From Candidatus Woesearchaeota archaeon (GTDB lineage Archaea; Nanobdellota; Nanobdellia; Woesearchaeales; SKIA01), in contig JBJKRI010000003.1 of assembly GCA_046704725.1 (NCBI GenBank), positions 64,001 to 128,000 of the forward strand: a stretch of 64,000 bases of DNA, given 5' to 3'. The position numbers and the translations under genes were made by a program. This document shows, piece after piece, positions 28,320 through 38,065 of this stretch. The notes under the pieces were generated by a model. The model did no database searches. It was given only the letters and a program-made list of their open reading frames with translations, and was not told the DNA's origin. Positions within the stretch are counted from its first letter, which is position 1. Each line of letters begins with the position of its first letter.

Positions 28320-29231
28320 ATGCAGCTGTGCTTTCTCGGAACCGGAGCGATGGTCCCCACGAAGGAGAGGAACGTCTCTTCCGTGCTCCTCGAGTACGAG
28401 GGGGAGTTCATCCTCTTCGACTGCGGCGAAGGCACGCAGCGCCAGATGAACCTGGCCGGCTACAATCGCACCAAGGTCAAGAAGGTCCTCCTCACGCACT
28501 GGCACGGCGACCACGTCTCCGGCCTGATCGGATTGATCCAGACCATCGGCAACGTGCCCGAGCCCGGCACGCTCGTCGTCGTCGGCCCCAAGGAGACCCG
28601 CCAGCGCCTCGACGCGCTCACCCACAGCGCGATCTTCGACGCCCGTCTCCATCTCGACGTGCACGAGATCGCTCCGGGAAAGCCTGAGAAGGTCCTCGAC
28701 ACCGAGCGCTACGAGATCTGGGCCGCGCCCGTCGAGCACACAGTCCCCACGCTGGCATACGCTTTTGTCGAAAAGGACGTGCGCCGCATCGACACGGAGA
28801 AGGCCGCTCGCCTCGGCCTCAAGCCAGGACCCTTCATGGGCAAGCTCTCGCGCGGCAAGCCCGTCGAGCTCGACGGCAAGACCATCACGCCCGAGATGGT
28901 CACCTACGTCCAGAAGGGGCGAAAGATCGCGTACGTCATGGACACGGGCGTGAACGAGAACGCCATCCGCCTCGCCGAGGACGCCGACGTCCTCATCTGC
29001 GAAAGCACGTTCAGCGCAGACCAGCACCAGGAAAAAGCGGAGGAGTACGGTCATCTCTCGGCGCGCGACGCCGCCCACATCGCCCGAGCCGCCAATGTCA
29101 AGAAGCTCGTCATCACTCACTTCTCCCAGCGCTACGTGACGAGCACTCCGTTGCTTGAAGAAGCGCAGGACACCTTTCCCAATACGGTCGCCGCCTACGA
29201 CTTCTTGCAGATGGACGTTCAGCGTGCTTGA
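28320..29231 (+). CDS. rnz: Ribonuclease Z
   Basis: FLGTG..PTKERN, DCGEGTQRQ, THWHGDH, exosite GLKPGP, ESTF, HLSA, THFSQRY. Confidence 0.95.
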   Translation: MQLCFLGTGAMVPTKERNVSSVLLEYEGEFILFDCGEGTQRQMNLAGYNRTKVKKVLLTHWHGDHVSGLIGLIQTIGNVPEPGTLVVVGPKETRQRLDALTHSAIFDARLHLDVHEIAPGKPEKVLDTERYEIWAAPVEHTVPTLAYAFVEKDVRRIDTEKAARLGLKPGPFMGKLSRGKPVELDGKTITPEMVTYVQKGRKIAYVMDTGVNENAIRLAEDADVLICESTFSADQHQEKAEEYGHLSARDAAHIARAANVKKLVITHFSQRYVTSTPLLEEAQDTFPNTVAAYDFLQMDVQRA

Positions 29232-29623
29232 TTATGGTCGATAGCGCGGAGAACCACTTCGAGCATTCCTTGCTCATTCTCGTCTGTGGCCTATTCTCGC
29301 CACTCTGCGAGGAATTCACGGGTGGGCCGCAACGCAGAGATGTCGCGATCGAATGTGATCTCTGTTCCGCCGCGGCCTTCGGTCGCGAGGTGATAACGCA
29401 CTACTCCATCCCGTGTCACACTGATATCGTGTAATTCCTGACTGCCATCAGGAGAATTGTCGCGTATAGCTGATTTCTACGGGAATGGCTGGTGGTAGAC
29501 CCCGAGTTTGCCACGTGGTCGCGCGGTATTGATAAGAAACTGGTGTTGCTCATCTTCTGTGGACCGTATCACGCTGTAGATATCGGCCGCCCCTGAGAAT
29601 ATCCCTTGATTGCTTGCGGCCAC
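29219..29623 (-). pseudogene. Possible disrupted ORF (135 codons with two in-frame TAG)
   Basis: Single frame from GTG 29623 to TGA 29219 interrupted only by TAG at 29479-29477 and 29293-29291; fills an otherwise empty gap. Confidence 0.3.
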
Positions 29624-29661
29624 AGTTGCGGAGGGATGATACTCCTGAATATCAGTTTCTC

Positions 29662-29877
29662 TCAGGCGTTCTGCCGGACGGCGAGCTTGACGTCCTCGTC
29701 CTTGATGGTCTTTCTGCCGGCGTGCTCGGCGAATTTTATCGCTCGTTCACCGTAGCGGTTCGCGAGATCGGTGCAGATGTTCCGGAGTTCCTCTTTCGCG
29801 TCCTCGGAGACGCGCTCTGCCCCTGCACGCGTGATGATACGCTCCATCGCTGCCAGGGGGATGCTGCGTGTTGCCAT
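29662..29877 (-). CDS. Archaeal histone (HMf-like)
   Basis: IPLAAMERII..AGAERVSEDA...AEHAGRKTIKDEDVKLA histone fold; GGGAG SD-like site. Confidence 0.93.
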   Translation of the reverse strand: MATRSIPLAAMERIITRAGAERVSEDAKEELRNICTDLANRYGERAIKFAEHAGRKTIKDEDVKLAVRQNA

Positions 29878-30001
29878 ATCTCCCGTGAAGCCATCACGGT
29901 ATTTAAGCCCTGTGCATGATGCCATCGCGTCCGGAATACCTTTTTTCCCACTGGACGCGCACGAGGCGTCGCTTTAAGAACCACAAGACGGCTATGAACG
30001 C

Positions 30002-30190
30002 ATGCTCACTGTCCAGTGCCCGTCGTGCGGCCACCAGCAGCGCACCCAGCCAAAGAACGTGATGCGCAGCGTCAAGCGCTGCGTCTACTGCGGGAAGTCC
30101 TTCAAGATACACTCAGGCGCGGACAGCCGTATCGTGCGTCCTGACGGTCGTTTCACCAACCGCCAAGCTCGCGCGCCAGATCGATGCTGA
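30002..30190 (+). CDS. Small zinc-ribbon protein
   Basis: CPSCG...CVYCG; TTTAAG box upstream. Confidence 0.7.
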   Translation: MLTVQCPSCGHQQRTQPKNVMRSVKRCVYCGKSFKIHSGADSRIVRPDGRFTNRQARAPDRC

Positions 30191-30842
30191 CCGGCTTGTC
30201 CGCGCCGAGGAACTCCACGTATTTCGCATCAGGGTAGTGTTCGGCCTGCGCTCTGCGCTGGAGGGTCAGGAATTCGATGAGCTTGCTGCCACGCAGTTGC
30301 GTCTGGCTCTTGTGGCAGTCCCACAGTTTTTGCATCGTGTCGAGTACAGAATCAACCGGCACGGCGATCCGTGCTTCGCGCGAACCGACCATGTACCAGA
30401 GGATGCTGTGCGTCTTGTGCTTCTCGGCCGTCAGTTCAGACACGCCGAAGCGCGCGTACCGCGCGCCGTCCCGAACGAGCAATCCCATGATTCGGTGCTC
30501 GGGGTGCGCTCTTCCATCTAGCACGTCGCCCGACAGTCCCCACCAGTTGCTCAGGATAAGTTCGGGCTGTACGTCGCGGATGATCTGTGCCACCTGCAGC
30601 GTGTGCTTCCGGTCGTGCTCGAGCGAGGTGTCCGGCAGTCCCTGCCAGAGCAGTTTCGCGCCGAGCAGTTCCGCCGCTGCTTCCTGTTCTTTCTTGCGCG
30701 TCTTCGTATCGCCGTAGCTGCCCGCGCTGCCGTCCGTCATGACTGCCATGACGAGCTCGTGACGTTTCGCGAGCAATGCCAATGTGCCGCCGAGGGCGAA
30801 CTCCGCGTCGTCTGGATGTGCAGAGAATACAAGGATTCGCAT
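30153..30842 (-). CDS. PIG-L/LmbE-family N-acetylglucosaminyl deacetylase
   Basis: AHPDDAE, TDGSAG, HPEH, HKSQ motifs. Confidence 0.88.
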   Translation of the reverse strand: MRILVFSAHPDDAEFALGGTLALLAKRHELVMAVMTDGSAGSYGDTKTRKKEQEAAAELLGAKLLWQGLPDTSLEHDRKHTLQVAQIIRDVQPELILSNWWGLSGDVLDGRAHPEHRIMGLLVRDGARYARFGVSELTAEKHKTHSILWYMVGSREARIAVPVDSVLDTMQKLWDCHKSQTQLRGSKLIEFLTLQRRAQAEHYPDAKYVEFLGADKPVSIDLARELGGW

Positions 30843-31002
30843 GGTGGTGCGAGGTTCTTCACTGATTTAAGGCCATCGTTCACCTTTCACCATATAGACA
30901 ATAAATACAAACTTCCATAAGGAAAGAAATTGTGTCGGAGCCGACCTGCCGAAAGAGCGGAATTCCTGCGCGAGAAGCGGTGAGAAGCCAGTATCTGAAT
31001 CC

Positions 31003-31018
31003 CGAAACCTTATAAATA
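31003..31018 (+). promoter_or_regulatory. BRE-TATA promoter of gyrA
   Basis: CGAAACC-TTATAAATA about 20 nt before ATG 31038. Confidence 0.55.
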
Positions 31019-31037
31019 CGCCCGCGTCACACAAACC

Positions 31038-33452
31038 ATGCCAGAAGAAGTCTCCGCGCGCGTCATCGAGGACGAGATGCGGGACGCCTACATGGCCTAC
31101 GCGATGAGCGTGATTGTGGGCCGCGCACTGCCCCACGTGCGCGACGGGCTCAAGCCCGTCCATCGTCGGATCCTCTATGCCATGCTCGACATGGGCATGC
31201 GCCACAACCAACCCTACAAGAAGAGCGCGCGCATCGTCGGAGAGGTCCTCGGAAAGTACCATCCCCACGGTGACTCCGCCGTCTACGACGCGGCCGTGCG
31301 CATGGTGCAGGACTTCAGCCTGCGATACCCATTGATTGACGGGCAAGGAAACTTCGGCAACATCGATGGCGACTCGCCAGCGGCGATGCGATACACCGAG
31401 ACCCGTCTTGCCAAGATCAGCCAGGAACTCCTCAGCGACATCGACAAGGAGACCGTCGACTGGTCCGAGAACTTCGACGGAAGCCTCAAAGAACCGTGGG
31501 TGCTCCCCGGTCCCCTGCCCAACCTGCTCATCAACGGCTCTGCCGGCATCGCCGTCGGCATGGCCACCAACATGCCGCCGCACAACCTCACAGAGATCGC
31601 CGCCGCGCTCATCGCCTTCATCGACGATCCAGAACTGGATGTCTCCGAGCTCTTGGAGCTCGTCCCTGGCCCGGACTTCCCGACCGGCGGCATCATCTGC
31701 GGACGCTCCGGCATCCGCAGCGCCTACCAGACCGGACGCGGCAAGGTCGTCGTGCGCGGCGTCATCGAACGCGAAGAGAAGAAGGACCATGTCCGTCTCA
31801 TCGTCACCGAGATCCCATACCAAGTCGTCAAGGCAGACCTCATCACCCAGATCGCTGACCTCGTGCGCGACAAGCGCCTCGAGGGCATCAGCGACATCCG
31901 CGACGAGAGCGACCGCCGCGGCATGCGCGTCGTCCTCACCCTCAAGCGCGACGCGAATCCCGACGTGGTGGAGAACCAGCTCTACAAGCACACACGATTG
32001 CAACAGACCTTCGGCGTCATCAACCTGGCCATCGTCGGGCAAGAGCCCAAGGTATTGAGCCTGCCCGAGCTCCTCGGCCATTACGTCGCGCACCGCACCG
32101 AGGTCGTCACGAGACGCACCGAGCACGACCTGCGTCAGGCGCAGGAGCGCGCCCACATCCTCGAAGGCCTCCTGGTCGCCATCGAGCACCTCGACGCGGT
32201 CATCCCCCTCATCCGCAGGAGTGCGGACGCCGACGCCGCGAGGACCGCCCTCATCGACCGCTACGACCTCACAGACGTCCAGGCGAACGCCATCCTCGAC
32301 ATGCGCTTGCAGCGGCTCACCGGCCTCGAGCGCGACAAGATCGAGACCGAGCACGCAGAGCTGCAAACGACCATCAAGGACCTCACAGACATCCTCGCCA
32401 AGCCCGAACGCATCAAGAACATCCTCAAGGAGGACCTCGAACGCCTCTCGGAGCAGTACGGCGACGCGCGACGCACGCGGATCACCGACGCCGAGGAGGA
32501 CATTGACATCGAGGACCTCATCGAGCCCGAGGACATGGTCGTCACCATCAGCCACTCCGGCTATGTCAAGCGCTTGTCCGTGAGCACGTATCAGGCCCAG
32601 CGCCGCGGCGGCGTGGGCATCATCGGCGCGACCACCAAGGACGACGATTTCGTCGAGCACCTCTTCGTGGCCAACACCCACAGCCACTTGCTCTTCTTCA
32701 CGGACAAGGGGGAGGTCTACTGGAAGAAGGTCTATCATCTTCCTGAAGCGTCGCGCACCGCGAAGGGAACCCCGTTGGTGAACATCCTCCAGCTCCGTCC
32801 CGATGAGCGCGTCAGCGCGGTCATCCCCGTCCACGACTTCTCCGAAGAGGGTTACCTCTTGTTCGCGACCAAGAACGGTACGGTCAAGAAGACGCCGCTC
32901 GCCGACTACAGCCGCCCGCGCCAAGGAGGTATCCACGCCATCGTCCTCGATGAGGGCGACGATCTGGTGCGCGTGGTTCGCACCTCCGGAGACGATGACA
33001 TCCTCCTCGCGTCCTCTCGCGGGCAGGCCATCCGTTTCAACGAGAACGACGTGCGCTCCATGGGACGCGTCTCTCGCGGCGTCCGCGGCATGAAGCTGCG
33101 CTCCGACGACGAGGTCATCAGCATGTCGCTCGCAAGCGAAGGAGCGGACGTGCTCACCCTCACAGAGCATGGGTACGGCAAGCGCACATCGATAGCTGAA
33201 TACCCAAAGCAGGGTCGCGGTGGCTATGGCGTGCGCAACATCGTCACCGGCGGACGCAATGGCAAGGCCGTGTCCTGCCGTGTCGTCGACGGCTCCGACG
33301 ACCTGTTGCTCATCAGCCAGAACGGCATCATCATCCGCACGCCCGCCAAGGATATCAGCCGCATCGGGCGCAGCACGCAGGGCGTGCGCGTCATGAAGCT
33401 GCGGTCTGGCGACAGCCTCGTGGCGGTCGCGAAGGTCGTCTCCGACGCATAA
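31038..33452 (+). CDS. gyrA: DNA gyrase subunit A
   Basis: [25 protein letters not shown] catalytic Tyr, GyrA-box QRRGGVG, beta-pinwheel repeats. Confidence 0.97.
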   Translation: MPEEVSARVIEDEMRDAYMAYAMSVIVGRALPHVRDGLKPVHRRILYAMLDMGMRHNQPYKKSARIVGEVLGKYHPHGDSAVYDAAVRMVQDFSLRYPLIDGQGNFGNIDGDSPAAMRYTETRLAKISQELLSDIDKETVDWSENFDGSLKEPWVLPGPLPNLLINGSAGIAVGMATNMPPHNLTEIAAALIAFIDDPELDVSELLELVPGPDFPTGGIICGRSGIRSAYQTGRGKVVVRGVIEREEKKDHVRLIVTEIPYQVVKADLITQIADLVRDKRLEGISDIRDESDRRGMRVVLTLKRDANPDVVENQLYKHTRLQQTFGVINLAIVGQEPKVLSLPELLGHYVAHRTEVVTRRTEHDLRQAQERAHILEGLLVAIEHLDAVIPLIRRSADADAARTALIDRYDLTDVQANAILDMRLQRLTGLERDKIETEHAELQTTIKDLTDILAKPERIKNILKEDLERLSEQYGDARRTRITDAEEDIDIEDLIEPEDMVVTISHSGYVKRLSVSTYQAQRRGGVGIIGATTKDDDFVEHLFVANTHSHLLFFTDKGEVYWKKVYHLPEASRTAKGTPLVNILQLRPDERVSAVIPVHDFSEEGYLLFATKNGTVKKTPLADYSRPRQGGIHAIVLDEGDDLVRVVRTSGDDDILLASSRGQAIRFNENDVRSMGRVSRGVRGMKLRSDDEVISMSLASEGADVLTLTEHGYGKRTSIAEYPKQGRGGYGVRNIVTGGRNGKAVSCRVVDGSDDLLLISQNGIIIRTPAKDISRIGRSTQGVRVMKLRSGDSLVAVAKVVSDA

Positions 33453-33483
33453 CTTTATTATGCACGCGTGACCGGGATACCGT

Positions 33484-34263
33484 ATGGCAGAGGTGAGCGA
33501 AGCGCAAGCGCCGCAAGAGCAAGTCGCTGAACCCGATTCTCCGCAGGATACATCCGCCGCTGCACCAGAACCTCAAGCCCCTCCGGAACAGCCTCCTATC
33601 GAAGCGAAGGCCGACCAGGAGGAGGAGCAGGTGCAAGGCGCGGTCGCATCCGCGTCGGAACGTCCTGACGCCGAACAGGTCACGGAGGAGGACTGGCAGC
33701 AGGAAGCGAGGGAGCTCGAGAGCATCGCGCAAGAGCTCGACGCGCTCGCGCAGACCTGCGAGCAGGTCCTCGAGAAGACCGCGTCCCTCAAGGACCAGGA
33801 TGCCGTGCAGGACCGGCTCTCAGAATACAGCGCGGACCTCATCCGATTGCCTCGCGCCATCCAGGCGCTCAATGACTTCCGCCGCTATCTCCCACGCATC
33901 AAGGAGCGATCCGACAAGACGCGCGCGGACCTCATCAAGCTGCGTGGCGGCGAGGACGACGCGATCACCAGCGAGGAGGACCGACTGCTCACTTCGCTCT
34001 CCGGTATCAAGGACCACGTGATCGAGATTATCGCGTCTCTCGAATCGACATTGGAGACGGTGCGCAGCGGCGCTGCCGCATTGCTTTCGCTCATCGGTTA
34101 TCACCAGCCAGGTTTCTATGACTACGCCGTGCAGGCGTTGCGCGTCGTGCGCATCGACATTGTTTCCGACGTGGTGCACAAGGAGGTCTTGCGCGTGCGT
34201 GCGCTCATCGAGGATATCGGTGCGCTCGCGAAACTGCAGGAGCACGCGCAGTCGTTGCAATGA
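33484..34263 (+). CDS. Hypothetical protein, acidic disordered N-terminus plus coiled coil
   Basis: 259-aa ORF; TTTATTA box upstream; ATGA overlap with next gene. Confidence 0.7.
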   Translation: MAEVSEAQAPQEQVAEPDSPQDTSAAAPEPQAPPEQPPIEAKADQEEEQVQGAVASASERPDAEQVTEEDWQQEARELESIAQELDALAQTCEQVLEKTASLKDQDAVQDRLSEYSADLIRLPRAIQALNDFRRYLPRIKERSDKTRADLIKLRGGEDDAITSEEDRLLTSLSGIKDHVIEIIASLESTLETVRSGAAALLSLIGYHQPGFYDYAVQALRVVRIDIVSDVVHKEVLRVRALIEDIGALAKLQEHAQSLQ

Positions 34264-34739
34264 GCTTCGAGAACCTCCGGACGAAGGGATGGACCGACGC
34301 GGAGATCACGCACTTGCAGCAGCACTTCCATCCGCAAGCGGAGAATCGCACCGTGGTCGCGTTCGCGCTCATCCTGCTTCTCGCAGCCGCTGTCGGCGTG
34401 CCCTTCCTCTATGGATTGTTCGGCGGCGTGATGACCGAATCCATCTTCTGGACGGTGCTCCTCATCATCGGCGTCCCGCTCGGAGCCGTCTTCGGCGTGT
34501 TGCTCGTGGATATCGATCGGTTGACGCGCCAGCACCACATCCTCTTGCTCGTCGCCGTGCCCGTCGCCGCGGCGATCGGTGGCGCCGCGCTCATCGCGCA
34601 GGCCGAAGCGACGGTCCCCGGACTGGCGCCCCACAATGCTCTTATAGGGGGCCTTGTCTACGCGACCGCATTCATCGCGCCGTACGCGATACTGGTGAAG
34701 CGGGAATGGAACTCGAGGATTGGACGCTGGAGTACGTGA
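34260..34739 (+). CDS. Hypothetical 4-TM membrane protein
   Basis: LRTKGWTDAEI N-terminus then four hydrophobic helices. Confidence 0.75.
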   Translation: MSFENLRTKGWTDAEITHLQQHFHPQAENRTVVAFALILLLAAAVGVPFLYGLFGGVMTESIFWTVLLIIGVPLGAVFGVLLVDIDRLTRQHHILLLVAVPVAAAIGGAALIAQAEATVPGLAPHNALIGGLVYATAFIAPYAILVKREWNSRIGRWST

Positions 34740-35086
34740 AGGCGCGCAACGCCATGCGCCGCACCCTCAAGAGCCAGTCGAAGGATGGCGACGTCTTGAC
34801 GTTCGTGCACAGCCACAAGACGCATCACTTCCTCATCGCTCCGGAACTGCACGTTCCGAAAGCGGAGGACTGGTACACCGTCGTCTGCCTCAACTCCAAG
34901 CGTAACGTTGACTTCCTGCTCGCGCACTGGGACGACCTCTGCCAGGACCGTCTCTCGATCCTGTTCGTCAATCCCGCGCAGAACCAGTCATGGCAGGTCA
35001 CGCCCAAGATGCATTCTCTCATCGCGGATCCCGACACTCTCGAGCAGGGCGTGCGCACCATGGCCTCCGAAGTCCCGACCGCCTGA
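34706..35086 (+). CDS. Hypothetical protein
   Basis: MELEDWTLEYVKARN... 126 aa, host-like codon usage; VVCLNSKRNVDFL and FVNP motifs. Confidence 0.7.
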   Translation: MELEDWTLEYVKARNAMRRTLKSQSKDGDVLTFVHSHKTHHFLIAPELHVPKAEDWYTVVCLNSKRNVDFLLAHWDDLCQDRLSILFVNPAQNQSWQVTPKMHSLIADPDTLEQGVRTMASEVPTA

Positions 35087-35105
35087 TGTTCCTGTATAAG
35101 AGGTG

Positions 35106-35330
35106 CTAGCATGTACAGGTCGTCGCGTAATCTCCTGCGCCGAGCCGTTTGGATCTCTGCACTTCATCAATCTTCTGTTGCGCCCAACGACCATGTTCCC
35201 AGACTCGCCTCATGTACACTTCTCCCTGCGACGGGAAAAGCCGCAGCTGCACGACAGGCTTGGGATCAAGAATCACATCGGAATCAGCGAGCAACGGATT
35301 GTGAGTGAGATGCTGATAGAGCTGGTTCAT
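35106..35330 (-). CDS. Possible small hypothetical protein
   Basis: ATG overlaps the stop of the PRC-barrel gene (ATGA); 74 aa; weak support. Confidence 0.3.
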   Translation of the reverse strand: MNQLYQHLTHNPLLADSDVILDPKPVVQLRLFPSQGEVYMRRVWEHGRWAQQKIDEVQRSKRLGAGDYATTCTC

Positions 35331-35599
35331 TCCTCGTCTTCCATGCCGGGCTGGCTCGGGATCGCGTTCTTGCTGATGATCACGATGTCGCCGATGGCCT
35401 TGACGAGCTGGTGGGGCACGATCACACCCTTGGCGTTGCCCAGTACTTTCTGGAGGAAGCTGCCGCGCGTCGCCTTGACGCGCCAGCCGAATATCTTGTT
35501 GTTCGTGAGGATGGATTCCTCCACGTCGCCGAAGTAGTCGCCTTCGTCCGTGAAGACGCGCATGTCGTACGTCTCCGATATACGCTTCATCCGTAGCAT
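35327..35599 (-). CDS. PRC-barrel domain protein (CdpB1-like)
   Basis: MRVFTDEGDYFGDVEE...KGVIVPHQLVKAIGDIVII; AGGTGG SD-like site. Confidence 0.85.
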   Translation of the reverse strand: MLRMKRISETYDMRVFTDEGDYFGDVEESILTNNKIFGWRVKATRGSFLQKVLGNAKGVIVPHQLVKAIGDIVIISKNAIPSQPGMEDEE

Positions 35600-35753
35600 T
35601 CTTCCACCTAAAGCCGATAAGTCGAGAATCCATATTTAAAGGTTGTGGCTCTGGAAGCGGCGAATCGCGCCTCTGACGGCCCGAGATTCCTCCAAGCCAT
35701 AACCCTTATAAGGGAGCGGCCGCCGTATCCGACCCAGAGGTGAGTCTTTCCAC

Positions 35754-36014
35754 ATGGCAGTCGACATCCAGACCGTTACGCTCGCGATCATCCTCGGCAC
35801 GTTGATGGCGATCGTCTACAGCTTGCGTATCCTCGTGCTTCTCGAACGGCGCATCGCGCGCATGGACCATCATCTCGAGCTCATGACCATGGCGGTCCTC
35901 AAGGATGAGAAGCAGCTCTTGACAGAGGAGACCACGATCGAGCGGCTCGTGAACAAGTCCAAGGGCCCCGCGAAGCGCGCGCGCAAGAGCAGCAAGAAGA
36001 AGTCCAAGAAGTGA
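35754..36014 (+). CDS. Small single-TM protein with Lys-rich tail
   Basis: GAGGTGA SD; hydrophobic N-terminal helix, VYSLRILVLLERRIARMD, KKKSKK tail. Confidence 0.75.
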   Translation: MAVDIQTVTLAIILGTLMAIVYSLRILVLLERRIARMDHHLELMTMAVLKDEKQLLTEETTIERLVNKSKGPAKRARKSSKKKSKK

Positions 36015-36018
36015 TTCA

Positions 36019-36648
36019 GTGATTCGTCACACGTCCTTCAAACACGGGTGGTTCTACCACTATCGCGTCCATGAGGAGAAGCTCGCACGCCTTTCCAAGC
36101 CGTTTCCCGCATTGCAGCAGTACCTGCTCGGCGTGTTCGACGATTGTCCGGATGAGTATTTCCAGAGCGGTCCGCGGGGCTCCAAGCTGCAGATGCCAAT
36201 CAAGATTGAGCCGGTCCATGTCAAGAACCATGGGTTGTGCGCGATGACTGCATTCGCATTGGAGAACGGACGCTTCAAGACAGCGCACAGCAACGTGCAG
36301 GTCGCTATGCTCGAGAACGACCACACGACCGTCGCCGTGGAGGTGCCTTTGTGGCTGCTCCCTGACGATCTCGACGGCTTTTCCGACGTCTTCGGTGAGG
36401 ACCGTCCGTTGACCGGGCATATCGATGCATTGTCGGTCGACGACGACCGCATCTGGATCTGGGACTACAAGCCCGGCGCGTCCAAGGAGCGCTACGCGCA
36501 CGTGCAGACCTACATGTATGCTGTCATGCTCTCCACGCGCACCGGCATCCCCTTGGAGAATTTCCGCTGCGGATATTTCGATAAGGAGGACTGCTATGTC
36601 TTCTTGCCCGAGCGTCCGGAGCGGGTGCTGCCGATTATCGCCGGATGA
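36019..36648 (+). CDS. PD-(D/E)xK nuclease family protein (RecB/Cas4-like fold)
   Basis: AVEVP...LTGHIDAL...IWDYKP...QTYMYA (E, D, DxK, QxxxY motifs). Confidence 0.8.
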   Translation: MIRHTSFKHGWFYHYRVHEEKLARLSKPFPALQQYLLGVFDDCPDEYFQSGPRGSKLQMPIKIEPVHVKNHGLCAMTAFALENGRFKTAHSNVQVAMLENDHTTVAVEVPLWLLPDDLDGFSDVFGEDRPLTGHIDALSVDDDRIWIWDYKPGASKERYAHVQTYMYAVMLSTRTGIPLENFRCGYFDKEDCYVFLPERPERVLPIIAG

Positions 36649-37036
36649 GTTGCTCGAAGTTGCGTCCGCGCTCCTGCGCATCCTTGTAGGGAAGCACATA
36701 ATGCTTTCCCGACGACAATAACGTGTGCGCGGGAACGAAGTACCAGCCGCGCCGAACGAACTTCACGCCGACCCAGGCTTCCGCGCCGAAGCGCTCTGCG
36801 AACGTTTGAAGATCGTTCACCTCTTGGTCCTTGAGGTATTGCCGGTCTCCCTTGCAGTACTTGGCCTCGACAGCGACGACGCGTCCGTCGTGGCCCGCGA
36901 TGACATCAGGCACCTCGAGCGGCACCGATCCCGAGCCTGCTGCGCGCACGCCTCCCCAACCCGCGTCATAGAACAGGTGCAGGAGTTCGCGCTCGGCGGC
37001 CGAGCCGCGCGCTTTGGCCGTTCTTCGGGAGGGCAT
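36635..37036 (-). CDS. hjc: Archaeal Holliday junction resolvase
   Basis: GSAAERELL, VRAAGSG, PDVIA, AVEAK. Confidence 0.92.
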   Translation of the reverse strand: MPSRRTAKARGSAAERELLHLFYDAGWGGVRAAGSGSVPLEVPDVIAGHDGRVVAVEAKYCKGDRQYLKDQEVNDLQTFAERFGAEAWVGVKFVRRGWYFVPAHTLLSSGKHYVLPYKDAQERGRNFEQLIRR

Positions 37037-37120
37037 GTGCCTTTCTCTCCCTCCTCATTCATAAAGCTGGATGCTCTGTGTCCAGTGAAAGCGTGTGTAC
37101 AGGCTCCCGAATCCTGGTGC

Positions 37121-38065
37121 CTAATCATCAATGTCGTCGAGTTCCTTCTCGACCTTTTCACGCGTGCGTTTGGCCTTCTTCATCGCGTCGTCGAGCGTGT
37201 CATCGTCTGAGATATCGTCGGGATTCGGTCCGTCGGGCCGTTCCTCAGGCTCGTCCTCGCCCGTTCGATCCTCTGGCGGTTCTTCATCCTCGGCCGGGGA
37301 TTCCTCGGCCTTGGGACGCATATCCTCCATCTCCTTGGCGATGCGCTCGCGCGTCTTCTGGGATTTCTCGAGCACCTTCTCAAGGTCCTCGACGGCGACC
37401 TTCTTTCGCAGCTTGGCTCCCTTCTTAGACAGCTCCCTTCCGGTCGCCTCTGTCTCGCTGGTCTCCGGCTCGTCCACGTCGACAGCCCCTTCCTCCTCCT
37501 GCGGGTCGGCGAGCTTCTTCTCCAGGCGTTTCTGGGACAGCTCGATCTCCATCTCTTTTTGCCGGTGCGCTTCTTCCACCTCGCGGAAGACCTTGCGGAT
37601 GTCCTCGCGGCCCTCGATGTCGAAGTACTCGAAGAACTTGTCCGTGATGCGCAACTGGTACGAGCGTCCCTGCGGCTCTTTTGCGACAAAACCACGTTCC
37701 ACCAGCTCTTTGACATGCTCGTACGCCCCGCTGCCGCGGATAGCGATCAGGTCCGATTGCAGCATGGGCGAGCGCCAGGCGATGACCGCGAGCGTCTCTA
37801 GGACGGGTCCGGACACTTCAGTGTCCGACACGATCTTCGAGACTAGATCCAGATACTCATCCTTGACGTGCAGCTTCCAGGCACCCTCGTCCTCGACCAC
37901 GCGTAGCGCCGAATCCTCGGTGGCGTAGCGCTTCTGCAGCGCCTCGAGCGCCGCGCGCACCTTCTTGCCGTCCTTCTCGAGGAGCTGTGCGATGTGTGTG
38001 GTGTCCATGAAGCGCCCGGAGGCGAACAGGACGGCCTCTACTTCTTTTTCGAGCCGAGCGTCCAT
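37121..38065 (-). CDS. scpB: SMC-Scp complex subunit ScpB with long charged C-terminal extension
   Basis: VEAVLFAS, LETLAVIAWRSP..QS.LIAIRG..AYEHVKELVERGFV, TDKFFEYF. Confidence 0.92.
   Translation of the reverse strand: MDARLEKEVEAVLFASGRFMDTTHIAQLLEKDGKKVRAALEALQKRYATEDSALRVVEDEGAWKLHVKDEYLDLVSKIVSDTEVSGPVLETLAVIAWRSPMLQSDLIAIRGSGAYEHVKELVERGFVAKEPQGRSYQLRITDKFFEYFDIEGREDIRKVFREVEEAHRQKEMEIELSQKRLEKKLADPQEEEGAVDVDEPETSETEATGRELSKKGAKLRKKVAVEDLEKVLEKSQKTRERIAKEMEDMRPKAEESPAEDEEPPEDRTGEDEPEERPDGPNPDDISDDDTLDDAMKKAKRTREKVEKELDDIDD

Noticed and set aside
30867-33170. 767-aa antisense ORF opposite gyrA, and similar long antisense ORFs (2967-4304, 8951-10483, 11687-13066, 13770-15362, 57880-58932)
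   Set aside because: Shadow ORFs produced by high GC3 codon bias on the true coding strand; no motifs, and they fully overlap well-supported genes
36019-36648. Cas4 call
   Set aside because: Lacks the four-Cys Fe-S motif and any CRISPR context; kept as a generic PD-(D/E)xK nuclease
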